Below, in pieces: positions 17,291 through 31,224 of a stretch of 64,000 nucleotides of DNA. The stretch comes from the human T2T-CHM13v2.0 reference genome, Homo sapiens. Below the pieces are notes generated by a model, which was not told the DNA's origin, made no database searches, and saw only the letters and a list, made by a program, of their open reading frames with translations. A program made the translations under genes and the position numbers. Position 1 is the first letter of the stretch. Each line of letters starts with the position of its first letter. The DNA is taken from assembly GCF_009914755.1 (NCBI RefSeq), contig NC_060928.1, one strand, 5' to 3'.

Positions 17291-17590
17291 AGCTGGACAT
17301 GGTGGCTCACGCCTGTAATCCTAGCACTTTGGGAGGCTGACGCAGGCGGATCACGAGGTCAGGAGTTCGAGACCAGCCTGGCCAATATGGTGAAACCCCA
17401 TCTCTACTAAAAATACAAAAATTAGCCGGGCGTGGTGGTGTGCTCCTGTAGTCCCAGCTACTCAGGAGGCTGGGGCAGGAGAATCACTTGAACCCAGGAG
17501 GCGGAGGTTACAGTGAGCCGAGATGGCATCACTGCACTCCAGCCTGGGCGACAGAGCAAGACGCTGTCTCAAAAAAAAAAAAAAAAAAAA
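17291..17590 (+). mobile_element. Alu (AluS-like) with 14-bp TSD
   Basis: Full dimer with pure A tail. TSD aaaagtttagttga at 17278-17291 and 17587-17600. Confidence 0.96.
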
Positions 17591-17600
17591 GTTTAGTTGA

Positions 17601-17693
17601 TAACAATCTAACATTGTGAAAGACATTTGAGCCAGCAAAGAGTAAAATAACAATCTAACATTGTGAAAGGGATTTGAGCCAGCAAAGAGTAAA
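17601..17693. repeat. 47-bp tandem duplication
   Basis: taacaatctaacattgtgaaag(ac/gg)atttgagccagcaaagagtaaa twice, 2 mismatches. Confidence 0.9.
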
Positions 17694-18554
17694 CCCTAAG
17701 TACTATAATCCAGCAGCTTAAAATGCAGTCCTTCAAAATACAAGAACAAAGACCACAGCTTTCAAAACCAGGGCTTAACAAAAGCTACAATGGACAAGTT
17801 GTTAAACCTCATAATCTTTGGGAAAACTTTGATAGACTACTTTATTTTCTATAAATAGAACAAAAGAGAAATATTTAGCAAATATCAAATGTTCTTTATT
17901 TTGACCCCTTCCCTACCTCCCAGCCATTGGATTTTATCTAAAAATGTTTAATAAAATGCTTTGTTCAGTCCTATTTCTTCTTTTTCCACCTATAATCAAT
18001 AAGACTGTTGCCCATGTATTTCTGGAGCTAGAAGGAAAAGGACCTCTTGTGTAAGGGGTGTTTTGTACTAAATGAATATTATTGTTTTTTCTTGGCAGAG
18101 TCAATTTGGGTATTGCCCCAACTACTCTGATGAATAATTTGTAGAGTGATACAACTGGATTTTGTTGCAACACCTACTGAGAGTTACCCCTATTTTAATT
18201 TGCGTGGGAATGATGCCACAGGCACATAAGCTACCTTCTGGATGAAAACACATTCTTCATAGGGTTATACTCATGAAGCATGGAGAGGGAAGCCCCATTT
18301 CATATGAATTGGAAAGTGGCACTAAAATACTCATTAAGACATGAATACTAACTTTTCAAAACTGGTAGTCAACTCAAGCCATTTCAGTTATGAATATGTT
18401 TCTGCCACTTCCTTTCCCATATATCATAATGAATTCAAAATATCCACGTCTTTTTTAAACAAAAATTAAAAATATTTTCTTTTGCGATTAAAAAAAATGA
18501 GAACAAAATTCTCACTGGCTCATTCTATCCCACCTAACACCTTTCAGGATCAGC

Positions 18555-19041
18555 ATAGAGTCTCTTGAACAGCATGGGTCTGAACCACTCAGTCCACTTA
18601 CATGCAGGTTTTTTCTTTTTTAACAGAAGTTACACTGAGTGTGCCTGCCTCTCCTTCCCCCTCTTCCACATCCACCACCTATGAGACAGCAAGACCAGCC
18701 CCTCCCCCTCCTCCTCAGTCTACTCAACTTGAAGATGGCGAGGCTGAAGACATTTACGATGATCCACTTCCCCTTAGTGAACGGCAAATATATTTTCTCC
18801 TTCTTAAGATTTTCTTAATAACAGTCTTTTCTCTAGCTTACTTTATTGTAGGAAAATGGTATATAATACACATAGCATACAAAATATGTGTTAATGAGCT
18901 GTTCATGTCATCAGAAAGGCTTCTGGTCAACAACCGGCTATTAGTAGTTAAGTTCTGGGGAGTCAAAAATTATACACAGATTTCCCACTGCATTGGGGGG
19001 GGGGTGGGTGCCCCTAACCCATGTTGTTCAAGCATCAACTA
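18555..19041 (+). mobile_element. Tigger2a-like (TcMar-Tigger) non-autonomous element
   Basis: TIR-like ends cttgaacagcatggg...tgttgttcaagcatcaact. Internal gagacagcaagacc...gatgatccacttcc...ggctattagtagttaagtt. Confidence 0.85.
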
Positions 19042-19087
19042 TACTGAATTTTAGATAATTAGGGTGATCTCTGAATATAAACTATGG

Positions 19088-19442
19088 TGATATGGTTTGG
19101 CTGTGTTCCCACCCAAATCTCACCTTGAATTGTAATAAACCCCATGTGTCAAGGGTGGGGCCAAGTGGAGATAATTGAATCATGGGGGTGGTTTCCACCA
19201 TATTGTTCTTGTGGTAGTAAGTCTCACGAGATCTAACGGTTTTATAAATGGGAGTTCTCCTGCACAAGCTCTTTTCTTGCCTGCTGCCGTGTAAGACATG
19301 CCTTTGCTTCTCCTTTGCCTTCCACCATGATTCTGAGGCCTCCCCAGCCATGTGGAACTGTGAATCAATTAGACTTCTTTGCTTTATAAATTACCCAGTC
19401 TCAGGTATGTCTTTATTAGCAGCATGAAAACAAACAGACGCA
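19088..19442 (+). mobile_element. THE1 (ERVL-MaLR) solo LTR
   Basis: tgatatggtttggctgtg...cccagccatgtggaactgtga...tataaattacccagtctc...ca, with 5-bp TSD tatgg at 19083-19087 and 19443-19447. Confidence 0.93.
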
Positions 19443-19836
19443 TATGGGAATCTAAAGTCAAGGGCCAAGAAATCTGTGGAAAAAAAATGTTCCTTTAGCA
19501 ATTACTGCAGTCCAGAGTCAAATCATTTAAGTGATAAATCAGTTAAGTCCTATCTCAATGCCCAAAGTCCTATTACAGAGATTCATACTGCCCTTTCTTG
19601 CCCTTTCTTGTCCATGTTCTAGAGTCTATTTCTGTACAGAGATTCTTGATGCCTCTAATCACACAAAGGTAATACCTAATTCAGATGGCAAATGTGATAA
19701 TCACAGGAAAGTATGAAAGGGCATTGCTTTTAGGTTAGTTTTAGAAGCATCTAAAGGGGATCAGTTCAATCCAAATCGATATGCATTACCTGAGAAATGA
19801 CCTGCGCTGGGTGCACTGCCAGGGGTTGAGGCCTTC

Positions 19837-19908
19837 CCCCTCTTGTCAGAATCCGGCAGGGGACACAGGACTCTCCCCTCTTGTCAGAATCCGGCAGGGG
19901 ACACAGGA
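19837..19908. repeat. Perfect 34-bp direct repeat (period 38)
   Basis: cccctcttgtcagaatccggcaggggacacagga at 19837-19870 and 19875-19908. Confidence 0.92.
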
Positions 19909-21994
19909 ACATATATCGACAGTTACAGGACAGTGTGACAGCTGCCCATCACAGGGTGTCAAAGATCCACTGGGGCACCAGACAAGAGATGGAAGTATTA
20001 ATAGTTTGGATGAGCCAGGAAGAATTTTCTGGAAGTGATTCTTTAAAGAAGTACCCAAGTGGACCAGGGGAGAGAAGCTGACCCAAAAGAGGAATAGAAT
20101 ATTGAAAGAAACGATTACAGAGAACCTGGGGAAATGTCTGTAATTAGGCACTGATGGCCAGGTGGTGTGTGCAAGAACAGAGGAGGGGGAAGTAGGCTGG
20201 AAAGGCAGGCTGGCCCAGAAAATGACCGGATAGTATGCAATGCCAAGGATGGGGGCACTCACAGGTTTTGAAAAGGAGAAGTGACAGGGCTAGTTCTGTG
20301 TTTACAAAGATCAGCTTGATCCTCATATGGCTGCGATGTAGACCTGGCTAGGAGACTAGTATTATACAATATCCAGGAAGGAAATGAACGGGGGCCTGAA
20401 CCAAAAGCAGTGGGGAAGGAAAGAAGTTGGCAGATGCAAAGAGGTACAGGAATTAGAATGTACAGAATGACTATCTGATAGCAGGTTGAAGTAGTACAAG
20501 ACCTCCTGACCAGTGGCACCTATGATTATAAAGACAGCTCTTAGGAAGCAAGTGTCTCATTTACTAAAAACCAATGGCTGGCACTGTCAGTAGAATACAC
20601 AAATTAAGAAATTCAACAAACCACTCCCTTGGGCAGCACTCTGCACTCTGCTGCCACTCTTGGATGAGGGCCTGTCTGCTAGCAGTGACCTGGCAGAGTA
20701 CACGGTCGCTCCTGCCTGGTTCCTCACTGCTCCTCCTAGCTTCACCATCTTCTCTCTCTGTACCCCTGGCTGATGGAGGGTGTTGTGATGACAAACCACA
20801 GTCATGACATTTACATATAAAAACTCACAAATTAAGAGCTATACAGCAGCACACCATGAGAAGAATTAGAGCCTGTCTTTTTAAAGTAGTTGGCCCTTAG
20901 GAGGAAAGTGAGACTCAGGAGAGACCTCATGGCATTCTTGGTACAATACGCACTTACTAATTGTGTAGTGTTAGGATAATTTCCAGCTACTTAATGGGTA
21001 GAACTAAATATACACCCAGACTTGCTGGATTGCTGTGAACAGCCACCAGATGAGCTGTTTAAGCCCATGGAACAACTGAGAGGGGTACCACATTATTACT
21101 CCAACTACACTAATGTTCGGCCTCTACAGAATTTTATTTTATGCTGTTATTTTTTTTTTGATACACAGAAGGCACGTACTTTTTCAAAAACTGATCTGGG
21201 TTAAATCACTGTTTTTCAAACTTAAAAACAAACTATAGGCCCAGAGATGCCATCTTCATAAAACTTTATTTTTAATGGGGCATAATATTAAGAAACTATT
21301 CTTGAATCTCCACACTTTGTTCACATGGTATGTTTTTCTGATTAAAAGTAAAAATAATACAAAATAAAGCTCTCAGAAATATACTGTTTAAATTGCCCAG
21401 GGTCATCAAATCATTATTTTAAAAAATCACTCTAATATGGAGATGAGATACTGTTGATATCTTACTAAACATAAATGTTGGTTAAGCCTGATCATCAGAA
21501 GGGAGATACTCAAGGGACCTTTACTACAGTCTTTTAAAGAGAAAAAGAACCACAAACCCTTATAAAGGAGGAGGGAAAAAATTACATTAAAGGTTGTTCT
21601 CTATAGATATATAATTATCAAGCAAGATAAAAACAGGTCTACACATCTCTTCTCAGAACTAGAACATTAGACTTGGAAAAACTTGGATGTATTTTCATAA
21701 AGGTTTTTCTTTACTCTAAAAAATGGAGGCCTAGAGAAGGTATGGTATTGCATACGGTCATGCAATTAATTTAGTGGCTTAGAAAAAAAATAAAAAGACC
21801 ATGACTGCTAATAATAACCTCAGATCAGACCTGGGATTGTTTTCTTGGTTCCATAAAGCCAATTATTAAATTGTTCTAGCACTTGAAACATGCAGTGCAG
21901 GCTATTCTAATCACAGGTATATCATTTAGAAGAGTTTATTGATGTTTGAGCACATAATGTCAAATTCTTATTCTTATTCATTCATTCATATATT

Positions 21995-22049
21995 AAGATA
22001 GCATCTCACTGTTACCCAGGCTGGAGTGCAGTGGCACCACCATGGCTCA
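21995..22049 (-). mobile_element. Alu fragment (right-arm 3' end)
   Basis: tctcactgttacccaggctggagtgcagtggcaccaccatggctca. Confidence 0.75.
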
Positions 22050-25000
22050 TCGTATTAATTGGGTCATTCTTAATTGATCAGAGAGACATTTCTCCAGAAA
22101 TCTGATGATCCAAGGAATTAGCCAAATCTGGAAACTGAATAGAAATGGGACAGACACACTGATGCAGGGGCCTTTATGCTGCCAGGCCAATCCCTAAAAC
22201 GGATCACAATGCACATCAGAGGGTTACAATGCTGTATTCACATTTTTCTTTGATCTTTGACACCGTCCTTATTAGAGTCTATGTTCAACCTAAGCTGGTA
22301 CAGAAGCATCTCTAGCTGCTGTCTTTCTTTTCATTAGAATATTGTTCCAACATCTCCCCCCTTTAAAAAATTATGTCCTTTCAAAACATTCTTCCTACTC
22401 ATTTGGAGTATGCATGTAGAGATTCGAATTTTCATTCTAGTCCAATGAATTTATGTCACCTGCTAATCTGTAGATGGCACTACTTCTGCCAGCTTTCAAT
22501 TGTTTTTATTTGATCTCAAGCCCATTTTCCAAGAAGTTCCTGATGTATTTAGTGTGAAGCTCCTACATTCAGAGTGAAACCAGGCAGGAGCTGATGGATG
22601 TCTGGAAGCCTGGACACATCAGTGAGTCAGAACTCTTTTTTGGCTAGAAAAATGGCTAGAAGATGCCATGTATCAGGGAGGTGCTTTATGGAGGTGCTGA
22701 TCCCTGGCTGCCTGCCCACAAGTCCAGGCTGTGCGCGCTCTGCCTGGATGGAGGAAGCAAACCCTGCCCTCTCTGCAGCCCACAGAGCACACTGTCTATA
22801 AATCAGAGGGCAATCTTCTTAATATGCTTTCCTAATATGACTCAGGACCTGAAATAATTGTGAGTTTACATTTTCTTGCTAATTCTGGATCATTTGCAAA
22901 CCCGCAAGGCCTTGATAATGAAAGAGCCCTTCTCAATTCCTACCTCTCCCTCACATTTGATTGTGCACACACAGCTTCCCAACTGGCCAAACAAAACTCC
23001 CTTTTCTGGAACTGGGAGGGTAATTTCACATACAATCTTACAAAGGGTGGTTAATTATTTTGTGGTGGGACAGCTCATAATAAAGCTACTCAACTCACGA
23101 TGAGCCTGAAGGATAGTATTAATAGTACCCAACTGAGACACAGAATAACTTCTAACAGAAACACATCGAGTGTTCTTAGCAACAGCCAGTGTGAAGAATT
23201 CACTGCAGGTCTCCTGCAGCCGTGGAGCTGAGATTTTAATACAGCAAATGGATAGGATCAGGTGCCTGGGATAAGAGATGGGTTGGGCTCTGAGGTTAAG
23301 GTCAAGAACAGAAATTCTGGGGTGATGTGTGAAGAGCAGATGAGTTTAGAATTTTAGGATTAAGACCCACAAGCTGGGAGTGAGGATACTTACTCCTTTC
23401 CTCCATTTTTTATTTACTAGGAGATGACGCCTGGGAGTCAGTTGATCTCTCCGAGCTTCAGACCCATCTCTTAGGTCCTTTCCAAATCTATCATAGTATG
23501 ATCATGACAACCAGGAGTAAGACTGGGGTTGGAAAAGGGAAGAAACGGTGAGGGGTAAAGAGAAAAGGGAAAGAACAAGAGAGTTCTTGGTGCACTGCTA
23601 AAAATTCCATTGCAGTAAATACAACTGGGGCAAAGCACTGTGATGGCCAAGCCATTTGTGACTTGGCAGATGGCCACAGACACAGCTTGTGCGCCACGCA
23701 GCCTGTGAGAACTTGTTCTCCATAGGCAAGACAACTTCTTGTGTGTCCCTTACATTCTGGACAATAAAATGAGGGAGTAAATGGATTCAAGCTCTGAAAG
23801 TATTAGGACGCCCCCCATTCATACCCTCTCCAGATGCCCTCATCTCACTGCAGATGTGAATCAGCCCAGATTCCTCCAGGACTTCCTATATGGAAGACGG
23901 GCCGGTCCTCTTGGGCACAGCTGCAGGTTTCTCCCTCCAACTTCACCACCAGAGCAGGCTGGAGTGAAGCCTGAGCCTCACTACTTTTACCCTGTTACCT
24001 GGACTAAGAGTGGGTGGTGAACTTAGTGCCTGTAGCCATGCCACGGACCCAACCTTTCCTCTTCAGACCAAGAACTGCTGGTTGTGTAAATCCGAGCTGT
24101 TCCACAGGGGGTCTGACCAAGGCCCGTGTCTTTGGGCCTTGAAACCTTCATTTCACTTGATAATTCAGAGAGGCCTTGAGTCTACTATGGCAATTTGGGA
24201 ATGTAATTTTTATCATTAACATAATTGTCCCATTAAAAAAAAGAGTTGGTATTCAAATATTGTTGATTGTGCTTAGCACCATGCATTCATTACTTTTATT
24301 ATTATTTAATGATTAGTAACAATCTGTGCATGGAGAATGTCTCAAAATATAATGAATATAAAACGCTAAGATTCTTAAATTATTACAATGTACATTTTTC
24401 CAGCAGTTCGTCATTCAGTGTAAAAGCCAGAGGCAGCCTTGCTATGGCCTGACGGTAGGCCTCTGACAGATTCACAGCCTCCATATCCAACCTCACTACG
24501 CTCGTTCAATCCCCATCAGCCTCCCTGGGCTCTGCTAATCCTGAAATGGGTAAACCCCGGCATCCTTGAACTTACTATTCCCACCATCTGAAATGAGTTC
24601 TGGGATACCTGGAACATTTCCTTTGGAACCCTCAGGCCTTCAACCAGCGAGGCCCTTCCTGGTCACCTATGTGAAACCGTGCCCACCCCATCATGCTCTA
24701 CCTACCTCGACCCTGCCTTTGTCTTTACAGCATTAACTACTACGTGTTTACATACTGCGCTCCCATTAGGATGGGAGCTCCTAGAGGGCTGGGCTCCTGT
24801 CGTTGCCGCTGTTTACTGATGTATCCCCACTGTTCAGAAACACACTTTGCTCAAAGCAAACACTTGAATATCTGCGGAGTGAATTTATTCTACTTATATG
24901 CCCTCTAAGATAGACCTATTACTAACTTACTGCTCGCCTTTGGTACAAATTCATTTCTTAGACAGTTCTGGAAAATGTCTGTTCTTTAACCACAGAACTA

Positions 25001-27454
25001 AGTATAACCCAAAATTTCTTTAAGTCAGTCCTCAGAAATGCATCATTTGCTTACAGTGGAATTTGAGAGGCTGGTGATAAAGACAGGCCTGTGAACAGAG
25101 GCTCAGGGTAACACAGAAGACGAGGCGGAGATGCCAGAAATGTATGCTCTTGTTATTGTTGAAGTGAAAAGCAATCACCTACTTAATTTATATTTCAAAA
25201 TGTCGCACAGTCCCTCATTCCTGTGTCTGTGGTTGTTTGATTAAGACCATTCAAATTCACAGCGTAGGAACTAGATCACCTAGGGTTTCCTCTTTCATCA
25301 GGATAAAATTTCATCTGTTTGAAAAGATGCACTCAATAACTGGAGAGGGTAGTTAAATAGCATTTCCTCCTTCCTCTTTACCAGCCCATTATCACAAACT
25401 GGAATTGCATCGTGAACACTTCCCTGAATCTCCCACATAAAGTGTCATTATAGGCTCTTTCACTAAGAACTGGATCTCGGTGAAAAACAGATCAGAAGAG
25501 ATCCTGTAATTCAAACCCTACTGGATTTAATTCTTAAGAGTGCTATGATAACTAACTCCCCTTACAATTCACCTAGCATTTATGGTTTACAAAACACCCC
25601 CACAGATGTTATCTCATCGGAGCCTCAGCATCACTCTAAGGCTGGGACAGGCCTGTGATTCTGCCCACACAACAGCGTAAGAATCTGGGGCCAAGCCACC
25701 AACACTGCAGGAAAAGTCCCTTGCAGAGCTCACATCTTCTCTCAGTCCAGGGCTCCTGTTACCTGCACATGGTGGTCACTGAGTGCCCACCAAAGCTTCA
25801 GCAACCCTCATAACATTGTAGCTAATTATTTTAAAATTTTGTTCATAAAAGCAATATTTTTCAGAATTTTATTCCATCTTAATAATCTTCCTGACTTTAG
25901 TGGTTAAGATCAGTCTTCCACCTAAGTGTTTTTCAGTGTCACAACACGGCAAATTGTTGCAATTAAACAAAATCACCAGAAGAAAGCTGAAAATAGGGAT
26001 TCAGTGGTTTCCACTTTGCTTTTCTCTCAGCTTTGATGGAAAGGGGCCCTGTTAGGCTGAGCACACTTTCCAGGTGATCTCTCCCATCTCTCCGCTGGGT
26101 AGTCACCTTTATCTAAGTGATAAACACAATTAGGAGCCAGTCATATCAATTAAATAAACTGAAAGTACTTATGAGGCCACTATTATCCACTTAGTACCAA
26201 TTACTATGGGGATTAAAAACAGTTTAAGACCAGGCCTTTACCCCAAAGGTGCTTAGAATCTTGGTGACACCTGCATACAAAGCAATATGCAATTATGGGC
26301 TAAACTAGGTAAATGCCACAGAAATTCAGAGGAGGCCAAGCTGGGAAGGTAACAGAATGTTCCCTGGGGTTGGCCAAGACCTGAAGGATGAATAAAAGGA
26401 GACCAGACAGTTCTCCTAGCAGGAGTAATGGTTTAGTCTAGACAAATAAGGGTAGAAAGAAACACGGCACGCAAGTAATAAAAACCTAGGTGGCATTGGT
26501 TTTTGCAAGCATCATGCAGTGGATCTGCTGTGCAAGGCTGTCTGGAGAGCTCTGGGACAGCAGGGAACTCCTTCAGAAATTCTATTCCAGATGAGGGCCT
26601 CTGGGGCATCTTAGGAGAAATGATAAAGAGGACTTTGGAACATTTGATCCACTACTTAGGCACAAGAACTAACAACCCAGTGAAAGGAGGAGAGGCGGCC
26701 ATAACTTGGAGGTAGTGATGAGATGCCTTCCAAAGGCAAGAAGACATCAGAAGTCCACTGCACGTCCTGGGTACAGAGGCACAATGAGAAATGACCAGCC
26801 TCCATTAAGGCAAAGGATGGTTAATACTCAGATGTTTTCTGGAAATGAATTTCAAGGTCCTCAAAAGTGTTTTGAAATGGAGAAAAACAGGTTACCTTTG
26901 AGAAGTTCTAACCAGAGCTGGACTCAAAGACCAAGTAATCTAGGATTGTCCAAACCTTGAAGAAAAACAAAACGACAACAACAACAAAAAAACACCTTCC
27001 CGCCAACGTAGGGCTGCCAGCAGAAATGGCAGGGAGTCATTAGACAGAACTGCAGGCCTGGCCGGGGGTGGGGCAGTGAAGCCCAGTGCCTAGCTTTAGC
27101 GGTAAGCAGCAATTTTCAAGATGAACTTCATAACAGCAGCTGAGAAGCAAGAACGCTCACTGGTTACTCAAGAGTTTATGCTATCCACAGCCATCCTGGG
27201 CAGTAAAGACCTAACAGGAGGTGCTGGGAGCCAAACACTAACTTAGTCTTCACTCAAATACCTTTCCTTGCCTAGGACCAGGGAAAACGGGTTTTGAATC
27301 TTTAAGCACAGTCGCTGTTTATCTACCTACTTTCTTGCAGGGGCGTCTGGCCTTTGGAGAAGAAAGGAGTTGGATGGTCTCCTCAGGGTGGTCATTACTG
27401 CCACAAATATAGAGCCCTTGCTAATTTCAAGAAGGAACAGAAAGGTACAGATAC

Positions 27455-27747
27455 AGCCTGGTGCAATGGCTCATGTCTGTAATCCCAGCACTTTGGGAGG
27501 CAGAGTCTGGAGATAGCTTGAGGCCAGGAGTTTGAGACCAGCCTGGGCAACATAGCAAGACTTCATGTCTACAAAAAAATTAATTAGCTGAGCATGGTGG
27601 CATGCACCTGTAATCCCAGCTACTCCAGAGGTTGAGGTAGGAGGATCACCTGAGCCCAGGAGTTTGAGGCTACAGTGAGCCATGATCATGCCACTGTACT
27701 CCAGCCTGGGCAACAGAGCGAGACCTCATCTATATACACACACATAT
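27455..27747 (+). mobile_element. Alu (AluJ-like) with tail replaced by a TA/CA microsatellite
   Basis: Dimer ending gagacctcatc-tatatacacacacatat. Degenerate TSD gaaaggtacagatac / gaaaggtagagactc. Confidence 0.9.
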
Positions 27748-28776
27748 GAAAGGTAGAGACTCGAGAACAGATGGATCCTATCTTGTTAAGAGGTACTGCT
27801 TTCGTAAACCGATGAGAATGATTTGAATTAGTCTCAGCCTGCACCTGAACTGGGTGGGTCCCAGAAGTGGACAATTCTGGAGCACTTTATTCTAACCCAT
27901 TTATTTCCTCAAGGAGCAAACCCTTCCCTTACGATCTTCCTCACACCATCAGCAAACTCAAATCCTCAGTGGAAGGAAGGGGTTGGGATTATACTTCAGT
28001 ATCTGTTCAGCAAGTTTTCCTCTTTCCTGTTGACTAGAGTCAATTTCAGCACAGCCTCTAAGTAAGTTACAGTCTCAATCCAGAATTAGGAAAGCCCAAC
28101 CCACAACAACTTTCTTTCAGTCTCATTAGCAAGTCCCCAATGCTTCAGTCCAAAAGCTGAGGGTCCATCAGGGAGTTAATTTCTTCTTTTACGTATCTCT
28201 TACAAAGTCTGTGCCCTGTGATAAGGTTCCGACTTCTTCCCTCGCATGTGGTGCTGTGTGTGGGGCTTTGCAGCTCCTCCCTGGCCTGAAGTCCCTTTTG
28301 GTTAAGCACAGGCAGTGGAAGTTAGTCTCTCTGGTGCTGCAAAGTCTTGCCTTTGGTAGGAAGACCCCTGAGAGATGCTCAGACCCCACTATCCTCGAGA
28401 CAGGTGGGCCTTCCACATTTCTGCTGTACCTGAGACAGAATCTGGTTCACTATAAAGACATTGTTTAAAATGTCCCCTTTCCTTCCCTGCCCTGAGAAAC
28501 ATATCAATCACTGAGTTCTAATGATTCTCACTCCTCAATATTGGGCTGCCACATCCTGGGTTTCCCCTGGGTTATGTGCTCATCATCTCTACTGGACTCC
28601 TTCCTTGCCGACCTGCCTCTAGTCTTGCCTGCCTCCAATCCACATACCATGTCATTACTAGAGTCAGCTGACTCTGAAAGATCTAAAACATATTCCATGT
28701 CTTCGTTGTGTCAACAGTGTGAAACTCAAGTCCTACGCAGGACCTAGGTGATTCTTCACAGTCTGACTCCCATCCA

Positions 28777-28858
28777 CCTCCCTGACTGCATCTCTGGAGC
28801 CTCCCCCTCCCCCCTCCCTCCTCCCATTCCCCTCCCTGACTGCATCTCTGGAGCCTCC
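28777..28858. repeat. 28-bp direct repeat with a C-rich spacer (period 54)
   Basis: cctccctgactgcatctctggagcctcc at 28777-28804 and 28831-28858. Confidence 0.85.
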
Positions 28859-30716
28859 TCCTCCCATCTCCCCAACCCCAGCAAGTTCTCTTTCCTCAAC
28901 TCCCAGTAGTTCCCCACGGCACCACCTCCAGCCACGTTCCCTTCCTTACCTTGCACATCTGGCAAACCCCTAGCTTTGAGGTCTTGGTTCAAAAGCCCTC
29001 CAAGACTCCCAAGGTAGCCCCAGACACTCCTTTTCTCACCACCCTTTACTCATAACTTCCTATTTTCGCTATAATTATCTTTTTGCACATTTGACCCTTC
29101 ATTAGATTAAAATCTCAGGTTGTCACTACCTGTTGAATGAATTAATGAATGGATGGAATATGGGCTTGAGAAAGGCTGGACACTGGTGCATGGGTGACTG
29201 ATGCAGTCATGAGGAAAAATAAGTCACCCGGAAAGAACACAGAGGGCCACAAGCAAGACAAGAGACCCGGGTTAGAACCCAGGGAAAGCAGAGTACAAGC
29301 TCTCGGAGAAAGAGCAATAAAAAAAATATTGGGAATAGCTAAGGGCACAGTATTCCAAAGGCCACAGCAGGTGGGCCCTCTGCACTTCTGTAGAGCCTGA
29401 CACAGATAATCCAATTAATTACATGGGAGTTGTTTAAAATGCCATCTTTCCTTCCCTGCCCACAGATAGAGTACAACTCTACCACTGAGTCCTGGTGGTT
29501 CTCACTCCTAAATATCTGGCTACCACAACCTGGTTTTTCCCTATTAAGATTTAAGAGCGAGGGAATGGTTTACACTGACCTAGTACTTTACAATAGAAAA
29601 CAATTTTTTTTGCATCATTCTATGAGAACATTTGGGTAAAAATCTTATCAAGTCATACAAATGGATGCTAGCTATACAATATAAAGTTTTGTTTTATTAG
29701 GATAAATTTTAGTCAAGTCTTACTGTTGTTTCCAGTGTCAGATACTGCTAACCCAGGCCTTCTTTTACCACATTGTCTGAAAAATTTGTTTTTCTTACAT
29801 GCAGTTCAGTTTCAATTCAAAGCCACTCTTACAACACTAAGATAGAAGAATCCTTCAGTTTAGGTTTTCTGGACACAGAGATGTCAATTTAACCAAGAGA
29901 CAACACATTTTTGCAAGGTAGATATTGAGGCCTTGTACATAAGAGAGACTAAATGAATATGTTTGAAAAGAATTACTAGATTTCTAATATTCAAACCCAA
30001 AAGTTAGTTTATGTAGTATTATAGCTGTCAACTCCCACATCCCCCAACACCAACGTCAAATATGGAGCCCATCGCAAACATTGGTGATTGATTGTGGCAC
30101 TTTCCCAGCTGAACCAGTACAAGCCCATGACATTGCAAGCAGCTATTACCAACTGGTCAGAGTTGGCCCATGTGAAATCTCATCATTCTCAAGTTAATTA
30201 TGTTAAATTTTAGCTTTCACAGCTCCTTGCTCACGTGTGCATGGTACGCAGACAGCAGAACAGCTGATTACTGTTAGAGGACAATGAGCAGAAACAAAGT
30301 GAAATGTGACTTGCCTCTTCTGCTTTATGATGTCCTTCTTATTGTGAGTAAAAGTTTTAAGCTATTAATTTCATACATGCATACAAATGCTGCCATTTCA
30401 GATGAATCCAGAGACCTGAATTACAGCATGCTGGTTCCAGACCTCTACTGGCCACTGACCACCTCTTGTTGGACTTCCTTTATCAAGCTGCCCTGTGAAA
30501 CCTGGGGTTTAGTTATCCATTGTGTTTTTAGGAAGTAAATCTGGCATCGGTCTGTTCCATTTCATGTTCTGGTTTCCCATATTTTCTCTATAATAGGACA
30601 GAATCCAAACTCCTTCACATGACACTGAGCTCATCACAGTAAAAGGACCACTTTGTTCCCCTCCTCCTGCCCTTGCCTATTAGTCCATTGCACCAAACCT
30701 TTCAGTGGATATGGCT

Positions 30717-31224
30717 GTATTTGCTTTCCATGGTTCCTGTAACAGATTTCCACAGACTGAGGGATTTAACATAAATTTATTTTGCAGTTCTGGGGCACGG
30801 AAGTTCAAACAGGTCTTAACGAGCCATCATTCAGGTGGGCCCAATGTAATCACAAAGGTTCTTTCACGTGAAAGAGGGAAGCAGAAGTCAGCGTCAGAGT
30901 GATGCCCCAAGAGAAAGATTGGACTGGCCGCTCTGAGCTTTGAAGACGGATGGGGCTACAAAACAAGGAATGGGGGTGGCCTCTAGAAGGTGGCAAAGGC
31001 AAAGAAACAGATTCTCCCCTAGGGCTTCCCAAAGGAACAAGGCCCTGCAGAGTCTCTGACTTTTGCCCACTAAGACCCACGTTGAACTCCCACACCACAG
31101 AAGTGCATTGGGCCCACCTGTATAATCCTGAATAACCTCCCCATGGCAAGACCCTTAACTCAATCACATCTGCCAAGTTCCAAAGTGGACACCTTTGGTG
31201 GGGGGCATTATTCTGCCTATCCCA
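30717..31224 (-). mobile_element. MLT1D-like MaLR LTR with its central part inverted
   Basis: The ends read as minus-strand MLT1D (tgtatttgctttcc...; ...ggggcattattctgcctatccca). The centre (~30830-31090) reads plus (ggtgggcccaatgtaatcaca...ggcctctagaag...gattctcccctag). Confidence 0.8.

Noticed and set aside
18602-19054. 150-aa ORF
   Set aside because: Lies entirely within a non-autonomous Tigger2a-like element and has no transposase catalytic core.
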